Part shown: positions 19,111-28,085 of the stretch, piece after piece
Layout of the letters: the number at the start of each line of letters is the position of its first letter
How positions within the stretch are numbered: position 1 is the first letter of the stretch
IMG/VR virus record: IMGVR_UViG_3300046373_000041
Coordinates: 1 to 44,471 of that record
Length of the DNA: 44,471 nucleotides
Reading direction: 5' to 3' (one strand)
Origin: a virus
Taxonomy: Duplodnaviria; Caudoviricetes
Program-made: the position numbers and the translations under genes
Notes under the pieces: model-generated
The model's input: only the letters and a program-made list of their open reading frames with translations
The model's database searches: none
What the model was told of the DNA's origin: nothing

Positions 19111-19368
19111 CTAGCCGACGGTCAGCACGACCAGGTCATCACGTCGGCCTTCGATCGCAGCGACGAGCACGCGGGCGCCGGGGGCCAGGCCTGCGACGAC
19201 GGTCGGCATGCGCATCGCCTGATCGCCGAGCAGTGAGGGCACCAGCGCCGAGACGGTGCCGTCAGTGTAGGTTTCGACGATCACGCCGCGCCATATCGAG
19301 GGGATCGAGCCGCGGCCCGACGCCGACGTCGGCTTCGCCTTCATCGCCTGCGCGAGGGCGCCCATCAT
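19111..19368 (-). CDS. short baseplate spike-like (gpV N-terminal OB-like) protein
   Basis: WRGVIV...VPSL...PGARVLVA; position after the hub gene. Confidence 0.55.
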   Translation of the reverse strand: MMGALAQAMKAKPTSASGRGSIPSIWRGVIVETYTDGTVSALVPSLLGDQAMRMPTVVAGLAPGARVLVAAIEGRRDDLVVLTVG

Positions 19369-19769
19369 GCGCCGCCGAGCAGCTGCACGCCGGGCACGGC
19401 GAACGCTTCGCGGTAGCGGCCATACTCGGGGGCTATCACGACCGACAGGCCCGCGCCGCGGGACTCGATGACCCTGCCCCGCCCGACGGTCAGCCCGAGC
19501 CTGCCGTCGAAGGTGCGCACGACCAGCCCGCGCACCTTCAGGTCAAGCGGGGCGGCGGCGTTGCGTGCGGCCAGGAACAGGCGAAGGTGATCATCGGTCC
19601 GCGGGATCTCGACGCCGTGCACAGCTGCGGCCTGCGCCAGCGGTTCGGCGAGTTCGAGGCGCGGCCCGGTGGTCGCGGCGATCATCTTGTCGGCATCGGC
19701 CCCGGTCGGCACCAGCGAGTCGGCCAGGTGCAGCACGCGGGACACGATCAGGCCTGCCCATATCGTCAT
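19365..19769 (-). CDS. degenerate NlpC/P60-like tail protein
   Basis: GVEIPRT...GRLGLTVGRGRVIES resembles NlpC/P60; no Cys in the protein. Confidence 0.5.
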   Translation of the reverse strand: MTIWAGLIVSRVLHLADSLVPTGADADKMIAATTGPRLELAEPLAQAAAVHGVEIPRTDDHLRLFLAARNAAAPLDLKVRGLVVRTFDGRLGLTVGRGRVIESRGAGLSVVIAPEYGRYREAFAVPGVQLLGGA

Positions 19770-19770
19770 A

Positions 19771-21096
19771 TCAGACTGCTTTCTTTGGTCGAAGGTAGCC
19801 TTGCAGGCCGGTCTTCTGAAGGTTGTCGACGTGTGTCGCGCCGGGGTTCTGCGTGAGTACCTTCAGCGACCCGCCGTTATCGGCGATGACGAGCGCGACG
19901 TGACCGTAGCCGCCGCCGTAGAACGTGCCCCAGCAGGCAATATCGCCCTTCTGCGGGGTCGCCCCCGCCCCGACCTGCGCGAAGGCGCCAGACGCCGCCC
20001 CGTTCGCAAACCACTGATTGCCGTTGCCGTTCACGCGGACGCCGAAGACTTCGCTCGCGTACTGCATCGCCAGGTCGACGCACTGCGCCCCGAAGGCCCC
20101 GTCGAAGTCGATCGCCCGCCCGTTGTATTTCGCCATGAAGCGATCGAAGGCCCCGGCGACGCCCGGCGCTGCGGCCCCGCCGCCCGACGGCGCCCCCGTC
20201 GTGCCGCTAGAGCCGGTCTCACTGCGCGGCGGTTCGACCTTCGGGTCGATGGGGCGTTGCAGGGTCAGCGTGACCTCTCCTGCGACGTGCAGCGGGAAGT
20301 CGACGCCGCGGATAATCCAGGTGCCGCCCATCGCGCCGACCGCCCTGCCGGTGAGCACGACGGCGTCGCCGGGCCGGGCCTGATCCGCGTCGGGGCTGAC
20401 CAGCTTCACGGTCATCGACTCGCGCAGTTCGGCGCCGGGGTTGTCGGCATACTTCGGCATGCCCGTCATGCCTTCGGAATAGTCGCGGTAGTTATCCCAG
20501 CGCAGCGGCCAGGTGCGCCGCGGCCAGACCGCCTGCACCAGGTAGGACGGCTTCGCGAAGACCAGCGTCGACCCGTATTCGAACAGCCAGACGCCCGATT
20601 CTTTGGCCTGCTGCGTCAGTACGTCCCAGGTCGATTCGGCCTGCTGCCCGTCTTCAGGGGCGGTGCGGGCGATCGTCTTCGTGCCGAGGCCGGGCTGCAC
20701 GAGATGGGACATGCCGACCGACTCGGCGACGCTGATGACCCATGACGTCAGGGGCGTGTCGCCCCAGGACTGCGCGCCGGTCTGCCCGCGCAGGGCGGTC
20801 ACGAACTTCGAGGGCGCGTTGATCTTCACGATCGGCCCCGCGCTGCCGGTGTCGAGCATCAGCCCGTCGCAGGTCAGGAACCAGTCGCCGTAGCGCACCG
20901 AAGCGCCGGGGGCGAACAGCTTCGAGTTGAACAGCTGCAAGTCGAGAGTGTCCTGAAACGTGAAACCCATTTCGGTTACTTTGTCGACCGCGACCGACAG
21001 TGACGCCGCGACGCATAGGTCGGTGAGTGTCGACGAGATATTCGTGCCCGAGACGGTGACGGCCTTCAGGCGCGCCCCGTCGAGTGTCGTGCCCAT
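19771..21096 (-). CDS. baseplate hub protein fused to a CHAP peptidoglycan hydrolase
   Basis: ESTWDVL hub motif; C-terminal DGAFGAQCVDL...GYGHVALV...QNP. Confidence 0.8.
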   Translation of the reverse strand: MGTTLDGARLKAVTVSGTNISSTLTDLCVAASLSVAVDKVTEMGFTFQDTLDLQLFNSKLFAPGASVRYGDWFLTCDGLMLDTGSAGPIVKINAPSKFVTALRGQTGAQSWGDTPLTSWVISVAESVGMSHLVQPGLGTKTIARTAPEDGQQAESTWDVLTQQAKESGVWLFEYGSTLVFAKPSYLVQAVWPRRTWPLRWDNYRDYSEGMTGMPKYADNPGAELRESMTVKLVSPDADQARPGDAVVLTGRAVGAMGGTWIIRGVDFPLHVAGEVTLTLQRPIDPKVEPPRSETGSSGTTGAPSGGGAAAPGVAGAFDRFMAKYNGRAIDFDGAFGAQCVDLAMQYASEVFGVRVNGNGNQWFANGAASGAFAQVGAGATPQKGDIACWGTFYGGGYGHVALVIADNGGSLKVLTQNPGATHVDNLQKTGLQGYLRPKKAV

Positions 21097-21749
21097 CAGG
21101 CCGGGATCTTGAAGACTTGGCCGGGATAGATCCAGTGCGGGTTACGGATCTGCGAGGCGTTCAGATTGAAGATCTCGGGCCAGCGCGGGCCGCTGCCCAG
21201 GTAGCGGGCGGCGATATCCCACAGGGTGTCGCCGGGCACGACGCGGTGCTGCCTGACCGCGGCGGGCGCAGGCGCCGGGGGCGGCGGGGACGGGATGACG
21301 CGCACGATGTTCGCGGTCACGTCGACGGCTTCTTCGAGGGACCAGGACAGCGAGACCCGAGAGGCCCGGTTGTCGCTGGCGCGCTGCTGCGTCGAGACGG
21401 GCAGGCTCTTGATGTTCCACCAGACGCCCTGTTCGTACTCGGTCGAGCCGCCGACGAACCTGACCCGCTTGCCTTCTTTCGCGAGCCGGGTCAGCGGGGC
21501 GACGACGTGCTCGATCGACTGCTTGTAATCAAGCGAGCCGATCGTGTGCGTGAAGGCGAGGGTCTTCAGCCCGTCGCCTATGTTGCGGGTGATCGCCTTC
21601 ATGCCTTCGCGGTCGATACTGCCGAACCGGGCGACTTCGCCGAACTCGAATTGGGACGGTGACGAGTAGAGGCTGTATCGCTTGCCGTCGTCGGTCGTGA
21701 CGGCCATTGTCTGCGGCGTCTCGGCGCGGGCGATTAGTACCCTGACCAT
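21096..21749 (-). CDS. tail tube initiator-like protein with LysM domain
   Basis: HRVVPGDTLWDIAARYLG...IYPGQVFKIP. Confidence 0.9.
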   Translation of the reverse strand: MVRVLIARAETPQTMAVTTDDGKRYSLYSSPSQFEFGEVARFGSIDREGMKAITRNIGDGLKTLAFTHTIGSLDYKQSIEHVVAPLTRLAKEGKRVRFVGGSTEYEQGVWWNIKSLPVSTQQRASDNRASRVSLSWSLEEAVDVTANIVRVIPSPPPPAPAPAAVRQHRVVPGDTLWDIAARYLGSGPRWPEIFNLNASQIRNPHWIYPGQVFKIPA

Positions 21750-24700
21750 CAGTATCCCCTTCGGTTGTGCTCGGCGAGAATGTCTTCAAATGCTTCTTCG
21801 ACCGCGGCCCGCAGCGCGGCGGTGTCGACGCTGCCGTCGGCCCCTGCTGCGACCTGAATCGTGACGGGGGCGCTGATGGTCACGCCGCCCCCGCGGCTGG
21901 CGCTGGCGGCGCTGTAGCCGCTCGTCAGGGACGGGCCAGACCCGGCAGGCCTGCCACCTGATGCTGCGGCGTTCGCGGCCATGATGTTGGCCGGGCCGAT
22001 CGCCTTCGTCAGTTCGGGCACGAGCACCGATTCGCCAGGGGACAGCCGGGCGAGGATCGAGTCATGGCCGGGGGCGTAACCGCCGAGCACGCCGCCGCCA
22101 GCGAAGCGCACGCCGTCGCCTGCGTAGACGCCGCCGCCCGAGTTCTGCGGCATGACGCCCTGCCCGTTGCCGTCTTTCTTGATCCCGAGCCAGTCCTGAA
22201 TGCCGCCGAGCGGGTTATTCGCGAACTCGCCGATCTTCCCGAGCACGTCGCCGATCGCCTTAGCTACGGCATCGAAGGCGCCCTTGATCCCGTCGATTAC
22301 GGGCTTCAGCTTGTCGCCGACGAAGGTCATGAAGGTCTGGAAATTCTTGATCAGGTCGTCAATGAAGGACTTGACGCCGTTTATTGCGCCGCCGATCGTG
22401 ACGCTGAACCAGTCGCCGACGGCCTGCGCGGCGGGCATCAGGGTCGAGTTCCACCAGTCCGTCAGGCCGCGGAAGGCGCCGACGATCAGGTCGATTACGG
22501 GCTGAATCAGGGTGGTGTAGATCCAGTTCATGACCGAGCCGATGAAGTCGCCGACCGCCTGAAGGCCGGGGATCAGGGTCAGGTTCCAGAAGTCGACGAT
22601 CGAGCGGAACGCGGCGACGATAAAGTCGATGACCGGCTTGATCAGGGTGTTGTAGATCCAGTTCATGACCGAGCCGATGAAGTCGCCGACCGCCTGCAAG
22701 GCGGGCAGGAACGTCAGGTTCCACCAGTCGACGACGGCGCGGAAGGCGCCGACCCATAGGTCGATGTAGGGCTTAATGATGGTCTCGTAGACCCATCGGA
22801 AGATGGTCATGAAGAAGTCGCCGACCGCCTGAAGGCCGGGCAGCAGCACGCCGTTCCAAAAATCGACGAGCTTCAGGAACAGGGCGACAACGATCGTCGC
22901 GAAGTTCCATGCAAGCCGGGCGATCCAATCGAGCACGGGTGCGAAGAAGTCGGCGACGGCCTGAAATGCCGGGATCAGGGTGTTGTTCCAGAAGTCGACG
23001 AGCATGCCCCAGCCGTCGACGAAGAAGCCGACGAAATCACGCGCCCAATTGCCGATATTCGTGAAGGTGTCGGCGAAGAACTGGCCGACGGCGGCGAGGG
23101 CGGGCATCAGGGTCGAGTTCCACCAGTCGACCACGTTGTTCCAGGCGCCGACGATCCAGTCGGCAACGTTGCGCACGACGTCGCCGACGAAGCGCATTGC
23201 GGCGTCGACCCCGTCGCGGAACCATCCGACATTCTCGTAGGCCCACACGAACGCGCCGACCAGCAGGGCGATAATGCCGATGATCCAGCCGACCGGCCCC
23301 ATCGCGATAAGCCAGGCGGCGGCGATCTTGACTGCCTGAATGGTCGCCTGCGCGCCCATCAGTATCCAGCTGCCAACGACGGTCCAAGCCGCGATTGAGT
23401 TCATGATGACGGCGCGGGTCGACGCGGTCTGCGTCATCGCCCAGGCGAGCTTCTGCTTCGCTGCCGACGTCAGGGCTTCAGTGCCAGCCTTCACTAGGCC
23501 GGGGATTAGCAAGGTGAAGATCAGCCCGGCGACAATGCCGATCGGCTCGCGGTTGTCCCATAGGGCTTTGGCTGTGTTTTCGAGGTTGACCTTCAGGTTG
23601 TAGGCGTGCCCGACCAACGGGTCGATTTGCCCGCCGAGCTTCGCAGCGTCTTCGCGCGAGAGCGCCAGGCCTGCGGCGAACTTCTCGGCCACGTCCTTCG
23701 CAGTGATGAAGCCGTCTCGGAGGTTTAGGAGAAAGTCGACAAGCTTGGAGTCTTCTTCCCAGCCGAAGGCGTTGCGCAGGGCGCTCGTGAAGTCGCCCTT
23801 CACCAGCAGGTCGTAGAGGCCTTTCGCGCCTTCAAGGGCCTTGTCGAGGAATTTGCCGATCGCGGCGCCAGCCACCTTCGCGCCTTCTTCGAGGGGCTTC
23901 ATCCAGGTAATCGCCCCGGCGAAGAACTGCTGAATCTTCGGGTAGACGCCCGACAGCAGGTTCGCGCCGATACGCCCGACCGAGGCCATAGTGTTTTTGA
24001 AGGCGCCCTTCAGGGTCTCGCCCGACTTCAGTGCCGCCCCGCCGAGACCGGCCTGCATGGCCTTCGCGAAGGTGTCGAAGTTGATTTTTCCGGCAGATGC
24101 CAGGTTGTAAGTCTCTTCGGCTGAAACGCCGAGTTCCTTGCTGAGGAACTGCACGATCGGGATGCCCATGTCGGCGAGTTGCGCGAGGATATCGCCTTGC
24201 ACCTTGCCCGACGCTGCGACCTTCCCGAAGACCGCGCCCATCGACGAAAGATCGGTTCCGGCGATCGTTGCCGAGTCGCCGACCAGGCGCAGCACGTTTT
24301 CGAGATCCTTGCCCGGCTTGATGCCCGAGGCGACCATCGACGCGGATACGGTCGCGGCTTCGCCCAGCCCGAACGACGTACCCTTCACTGAGGCCATGGC
24401 GTCATTCATGATCTGCGTGACGGCTTCGCCCGAGTGGCCCAGGCCGGTTAGCTTAGCCTTCGCTTCTTCGATCGCCTGAAGCCGCCCGAAGCCCTTGAAT
24501 AGGGCCGTGCCGAATGCTGCCCCGAGCGTCAGCCCGCCGCCGACTCCCGCGGTTCGCATGGCGCCGCCCATGAAGCCCGTAACGGCCCCGGCGAGTTTGC
24601 CGCTGAAGCCTTCGGCGGCTTTCTTGCCTGACTTCTCGGCGTTCGCCGCCAGACCGTCGAGCGATTCGGAGATCCTTGACTTCATGCCAGAGAACAGGCG

Positions 24701-24934
24701 GGCCGCGCCGTCGGTTGCTTTCCCGATCGGGCCGGTCATGCCGGAAAAGAGGCGGTTCTGTTTGGTGACCGATCCGTCGATCTGCGCGGTCGACTTATCG
24801 ACCGCCGCCGACTGCTTTCTCGCCCCGTCTTCGACGGTCTTCGTGAAGCCGTCGATCGACTTCTTCACGGTCTGAAGGGGGGCGCTCATTTGGTCTTTGA
24901 GTTCGGCGGTCAGTGTGACCGTTTCGTTAGCCAA
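21749..24934 (-). CDS. tape measure protein
   Basis: 1061 aa; N-terminal tape-measure domain; Trp/Phe-spaced 45-aa repeats; TTG start with GAAAGGGG RBS. Confidence 0.93.
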   Translation of the reverse strand: MANETVTLTAELKDQMSAPLQTVKKSIDGFTKTVEDGARKQSAAVDKSTAQIDGSVTKQNRLFSGMTGPIGKATDGAARLFSGMKSRISESLDGLAANAEKSGKKAAEGFSGKLAGAVTGFMGGAMRTAGVGGGLTLGAAFGTALFKGFGRLQAIEEAKAKLTGLGHSGEAVTQIMNDAMASVKGTSFGLGEAATVSASMVASGIKPGKDLENVLRLVGDSATIAGTDLSSMGAVFGKVAASGKVQGDILAQLADMGIPIVQFLSKELGVSAEETYNLASAGKINFDTFAKAMQAGLGGAALKSGETLKGAFKNTMASVGRIGANLLSGVYPKIQQFFAGAITWMKPLEEGAKVAGAAIGKFLDKALEGAKGLYDLLVKGDFTSALRNAFGWEEDSKLVDFLLNLRDGFITAKDVAEKFAAGLALSREDAAKLGGQIDPLVGHAYNLKVNLENTAKALWDNREPIGIVAGLIFTLLIPGLVKAGTEALTSAAKQKLAWAMTQTASTRAVIMNSIAAWTVVGSWILMGAQATIQAVKIAAAWLIAMGPVGWIIGIIALLVGAFVWAYENVGWFRDGVDAAMRFVGDVVRNVADWIVGAWNNVVDWWNSTLMPALAAVGQFFADTFTNIGNWARDFVGFFVDGWGMLVDFWNNTLIPAFQAVADFFAPVLDWIARLAWNFATIVVALFLKLVDFWNGVLLPGLQAVGDFFMTIFRWVYETIIKPYIDLWVGAFRAVVDWWNLTFLPALQAVGDFIGSVMNWIYNTLIKPVIDFIVAAFRSIVDFWNLTLIPGLQAVGDFIGSVMNWIYTTLIQPVIDLIVGAFRGLTDWWNSTLMPAAQAVGDWFSVTIGGAINGVKSFIDDLIKNFQTFMTFVGDKLKPVIDGIKGAFDAVAKAIGDVLGKIGEFANNPLGGIQDWLGIKKDGNGQGVMPQNSGGGVYAGDGVRFAGGGVLGGYAPGHDSILARLSPGESVLVPELTKAIGPANIMAANAAASGGRPAGSGPSLTSGYSAASASRGGGVTISAPVTIQVAAGADGSVDTAALRAAVEEAFEDILAEHNRRGY

Positions 24935-24955
24935 GATGCGCCCCCTTTCGTTTGA

Positions 24956-25156
24956 TTACTTGCGTTTCTGGTCTTCTGCCCGTTTACGGTCATCGGCCCA
25001 TAGGACGGCTGCTGCTGCCGTCCTGACCGCCCGGTGACGGTAGTCGCGTTCGGCGACTACCGTGACCGGGTCGACCCCGATGCGCTCGGCGATCCGTGCC
25101 TGCTCGATGAAGCGGGGCTGATCGACGAGCCATTCGGTCAGGCTTCGGTAGGGTCC
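24956..25156 (-). CDS. tail assembly chaperone -1 frameshift extension (G-T type)
   Basis: The -1 frame is open from GGACCCTA (25149-25156) to TAA at 24956 and fills the gap before the tape measure gene. Confidence 0.6.
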   Translation of the reverse strand, partial: GPYRSLTEWLVDQPRFIEQARIAERIGVDPVTVVAERDYRHRAVRTAAAAVLWADDRKRAEDQKRK

Positions 25157-25719
25157 AGCGGTTCGAGGTCTTCGCCCCAGCCCGCGGCCTTCAGGACGGC
25201 CCCGCCGATGGTGTTCGTCTCGGCGTCGCCCAGGAACTTGCGCACGGCGACGTGCGCGACGCTGCCCTTGCCGAAGGCGTTCACGAAGGTCGTCGAGTTC
25301 ACGACCAGGTCATCGCCGTCGGCGTCGAGGATCTTCTTCAGCTTGCCGTCGACGTCCTGATAGATCGCGATGTTCTTCTCGAAGATCGCCATAGCGTTGC
25401 CTACGCTCATGTCGGCGTCTTCGGCCTTCTTCCGCTTGCCCTGCGCGGCGGCGCGGTAGCGCTTGATATCCGGCTCGCTGATCACGGCGTCGAACTCAAG
25501 CACGAAGCCGCCCTGACGGGACGTGACCGGAAACTTCACCTTGTTCGAGATTGCGGTGTCGGCCAGGCTGAGTAGCTGGTCGAGCGCGCTGTCGCCGAAG
25601 CTGGCGGTCGCGGGGGCGGCGGGGGCGGCGTGCAGGCCGAGCGATTCGGCGTTCTTCGGCCTGATGGTCAGGTCGTTTTCGGTGCCGCTGATATCGGGTA
25701 CTTCGGTGCCAAAATCCAT
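25138..25719 (-). CDS. tail assembly chaperone
   Basis: Between tube and tape measure; ends LDPTEA. Confidence 0.75.
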   Translation of the reverse strand: MDFGTEVPDISGTENDLTIRPKNAESLGLHAAPAAPATASFGDSALDQLLSLADTAISNKVKFPVTSRQGGFVLEFDAVISEPDIKRYRAAAQGKRKKAEDADMSVGNAMAIFEKNIAIYQDVDGKLKKILDADGDDLVVNSTTFVNAFGKGSVAHVAVRKFLGDAETNTIGGAVLKAAGWGEDLEPLDPTEA

Positions 25720-25773
25720 GATGTTTCCTTGTCTGCCCAGTAGCCGCCGCGGGTCGGTCGGCCCTATGACCTG

Positions 25774-25808
25774 ATCGTCGCCGGGGCGCAGGCGCGAGTG
25801 TGGGACGG
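25774..25808 (-). promoter_or_regulatory. phage-specific promoter copy (CCGTCCCAC-N20-GACGAT)
   Basis: Motif at 25800-25808, -10 at 25774-25779. Confidence 0.7.
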
Positions 25809-25912
25809 CTTCCGTGTTGGCACTAGGCAGGCCGAACGAGAGGGAAGCCGCCCCACACTTTTACGCGCCCGTCGCTTATCTGCGCCCAACAGGGCGACGG
25901 GGATCTATTGGG
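25797..25912 (-). other. structured RNA element: H-type pseudoknot plus 17-bp stem
   Basis: Pairings 25905-12/25885-92 and 25894-901/25868-75 cross each other; a further stem pairs 25843-59 with 25797-813. Confidence 0.55.
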
Positions 25913-25913
25913 A

Positions 25914-26333
25914 TCAGGCCGGGCCGCTGGTCGCGAACTTCAGCTTGATCTCGGCGGCGTCGGAGCTTGCCGCGTCGGTCTCAGGTTCCTGCAAGCCGTT
26001 CAGCAGGCAGTCGGGGTAGGTCGTCGGGTTGCCGACCTTCGTCCAGTTCGCGTCGGTCGCCTGCTTCGTGATGTTGAAGACGCCGCGACCGAGCAGCTTG
26101 CGCAGCTGCGCGACCCACACGTCGTCGCGGGAAGGCGCGATCGTGCGCGTCACTTCAATGTCGTCCCACTCGGCGGGACCGGCGAGCAGATCCGCCCGGT
26201 CGCTGCCGCCGTCGTAGTCCTTCGTGACCGAGGCCGAGCCGCCCGCGCCGCTGAACTGGCGCCAGGTGCCGGGGATACCTTCGATGGTCACGAGATACTG
26301 CCGCTTAGTGGCCTTCTCTGCTGTGCTCGTCAT
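25914..26333 (-). CDS. tail tube protein (T4 gp19-like)
   Basis: Follows the sheath gene; 139 aa; FSGAG...YDGG...DIEVTR. Confidence 0.85.
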   Translation of the reverse strand: MTSTAEKATKRQYLVTIEGIPGTWRQFSGAGGSASVTKDYDGGSDRADLLAGPAEWDDIEVTRTIAPSRDDVWVAQLRKLLGRGVFNITKQATDANWTKVGNPTTYPDCLLNGLQEPETDAASSDAAEIKLKFATSGPA

Positions 26334-26349
26334 TGCCGTTTACCTTTCC

Positions 26350-27798
26350 TTAGACCGTACCGGCAAGCGGCACTTTGATGATTTCGACCTGAATCAGCTG
26401 CGCGGTCGGCGAGAGTCGGACGCTCACGGCGACGACGACCTTGTTTTCGGCCTGCGCGGTCAGTGGGTTCAGGGACGTGTCGACGCTGACCTTGTAGCCG
26501 GGGTCGAGTTCCTGCCCGTTGACGGCCAGCGGGTAGAAGCCGTTGCGCTTCGCGATCGGGTCGAGCACGCCGACGACGGCCGATTCGATGTAGCTGCGCA
26601 GGTGGCCCTTCGCGTCGTTCGTCTCGAAAACGAACGGTTCGAGCACGGTCTTCACGGACAGTGTCAGGTTGTTCAGGGCGTCGCGTGCGGTCAGCAGGCC
26701 CAGCCCTTCACGGTCGGCACTGAGGGACTGCCAGCCGTAGAGGCGGACCTTCGAGCCGGTCGTCGCGATGCCGTTGACCATCGACCCGGCGAGGGTGTTG
26801 TTCGCGTCGGTGTCGACCGGCTTGTTCGTGCCGAGCACCCATCGGGTGCGGGCCAGGTCGCCAGCGGGTACGCGCCAGAAGCCGACGTCGCGGTGAGCGC
26901 GGGATCGCACGGCTGCGACGTAGCCTTCGGGGCTGATCGTGCGGGTCGCGCCGCCGTCGGGAATGATCAGGTGCGGGTAGAATATCCCGCCATAGGCGCC
27001 GTTCGGGTCGGTCGCCAGGCTGGCGGCTGCTGTGGCGGCTTCTGCGGCGGTCGCAGTAGCGGGCAGGGCGAGCAGTGCCACCTTGCCGGTGCGGGCCGCG
27101 TGGTCGAGCAGCAGGGCGCCGATCTGAGACACGCTGTAGCCCGGCGCTGCCACTGCGCCGCCTTCTGCGCCCGTTCCGGTGTCGAGTGCGCTAACCACGT
27201 TCGCGGCGGTAATGGTTGCGCGGTCGTCAGTACCGGCGAGGATCGGCGTCGCGGCGAGGGTCTTCGGGTTGTCGCCGGGGGCGGCGGTGACCGAACCGAG
27301 CGACGTGACGGTGACGTAGGGGTTCGTCGCGGCCTTCTGCACGAAGTCGGCAGGCGAGGTCAGGCCGAGGTAGGTCGCGACCGTCTGACCGGCGCGGCGC
27401 AGGGTGACGTCGAAGGTGCCGCCGCTGGTCGCGACCTGCACCGTGAAGTTCGCCGAGTGCGCGCCGGGATCGGATGCTTCGATCTTGACCGTGTTGACGT
27501 CCGCCGAGTCCTTCAGGGTCAGCGCGCCCTTCGTGGCCGCTGCGCCGACGACGCGGGACACGACGAGTTCACTGCCGCCTTCTTCGAAGAACATGCGGGC
27601 GGTGTCGAACAGGTTGCTCGAATAGGCGGTGCGGTCGCCGAAGACCGCGATGAACTTCGCGATCGAGTCGACGACGACAGCCTTGCCGACCGGGCCGAAC
27701 TCGGTCAGGCCTGCGACGTGCAGGCGTCCCGACTGCGTGCCAGTGTTGGAGGGACCAGAGCTAAGCTTCGTGGTCACTTGAACGCCGATAGACGTCAT
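26350..27798 (-). CDS. tail sheath protein
   Basis: FFEEGG...VSRV, YPHL, GFWRVPAG, FVFETND. Confidence 0.93.
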   Translation of the reverse strand: MTSIGVQVTTKLSSGPSNTGTQSGRLHVAGLTEFGPVGKAVVVDSIAKFIAVFGDRTAYSSNLFDTARMFFEEGGSELVVSRVVGAAATKGALTLKDSADVNTVKIEASDPGAHSANFTVQVATSGGTFDVTLRRAGQTVATYLGLTSPADFVQKAATNPYVTVTSLGSVTAAPGDNPKTLAATPILAGTDDRATITAANVVSALDTGTGAEGGAVAAPGYSVSQIGALLLDHAARTGKVALLALPATATAAEAATAAASLATDPNGAYGGIFYPHLIIPDGGATRTISPEGYVAAVRSRAHRDVGFWRVPAGDLARTRWVLGTNKPVDTDANNTLAGSMVNGIATTGSKVRLYGWQSLSADREGLGLLTARDALNNLTLSVKTVLEPFVFETNDAKGHLRSYIESAVVGVLDPIAKRNGFYPLAVNGQELDPGYKVSVDTSLNPLTAQAENKVVVAVSVRLSPTAQLIQVEIIKVPLAGTV

Positions 27799-28031
27799 GA
27801 TTCGTTACCTTTCGTCTCGCCGTCTGCGTTAGTCGGCTTGGTTTTCGTGCGCCTGCTGATCAGGCTCGGTTCAGACGGCGCGGCGAGGATGACGCCCCGG
27901 TCGATCAGGGTCTTCGTGAAGTCGTCGGTCTCGGCGACGGTGCGGCTCTCGCCGCCCGCCAGGACGTGCCCGACGTCGTCGATGACCTGCTCGAACTGGC
28001 CGGGGTTGTGTAGTCGTATGCTGCCGCTCAT
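27795..28031 (-). CDS. small pre-sheath protein
   Basis: Coupled to the sheath gene; leaderless start at a promoter motif. Confidence 0.75.
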   Translation of the reverse strand: MSGSIRLHNPGQFEQVIDDVGHVLAGGESRTVAETDDFTKTLIDRGVILAAPSEPSLISRRTKTKPTNADGETKGNES

Positions 28032-28037
28032 GGGTTC

Positions 28038-28072
28038 ACCTTCGCCCGCCCCGGTTTGGCCGTGTGGGACGG
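28038..28072 (-). promoter_or_regulatory. phage-specific promoter copy, leaderless (CCGTCCCAC-N20-GAAGGT-N6-ATG)
   Basis: Motif at 28064-28072, -10 at 28038-28043, ATG at 28031. Confidence 0.75.
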
Positions 28073-28085
28073 GGCGCGTGTTGCC

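Noticed and set aside
22430-23140. Near-identical DNA repeats with a 135-bp period
   Set aside because: Ordinary 45-aa tape-measure repeats; not CRISPR and not a DGR template/variable repeat (no reverse transcriptase seen).
25868-25916. Pseudoknot as a readthrough/frameshift signal or HDV-like ribozyme
   Set aside because: Readthrough adds only a few residues and both shifted frames close quickly; the P3/L3/P1.1 elements of HDV-like ribozymes are absent.
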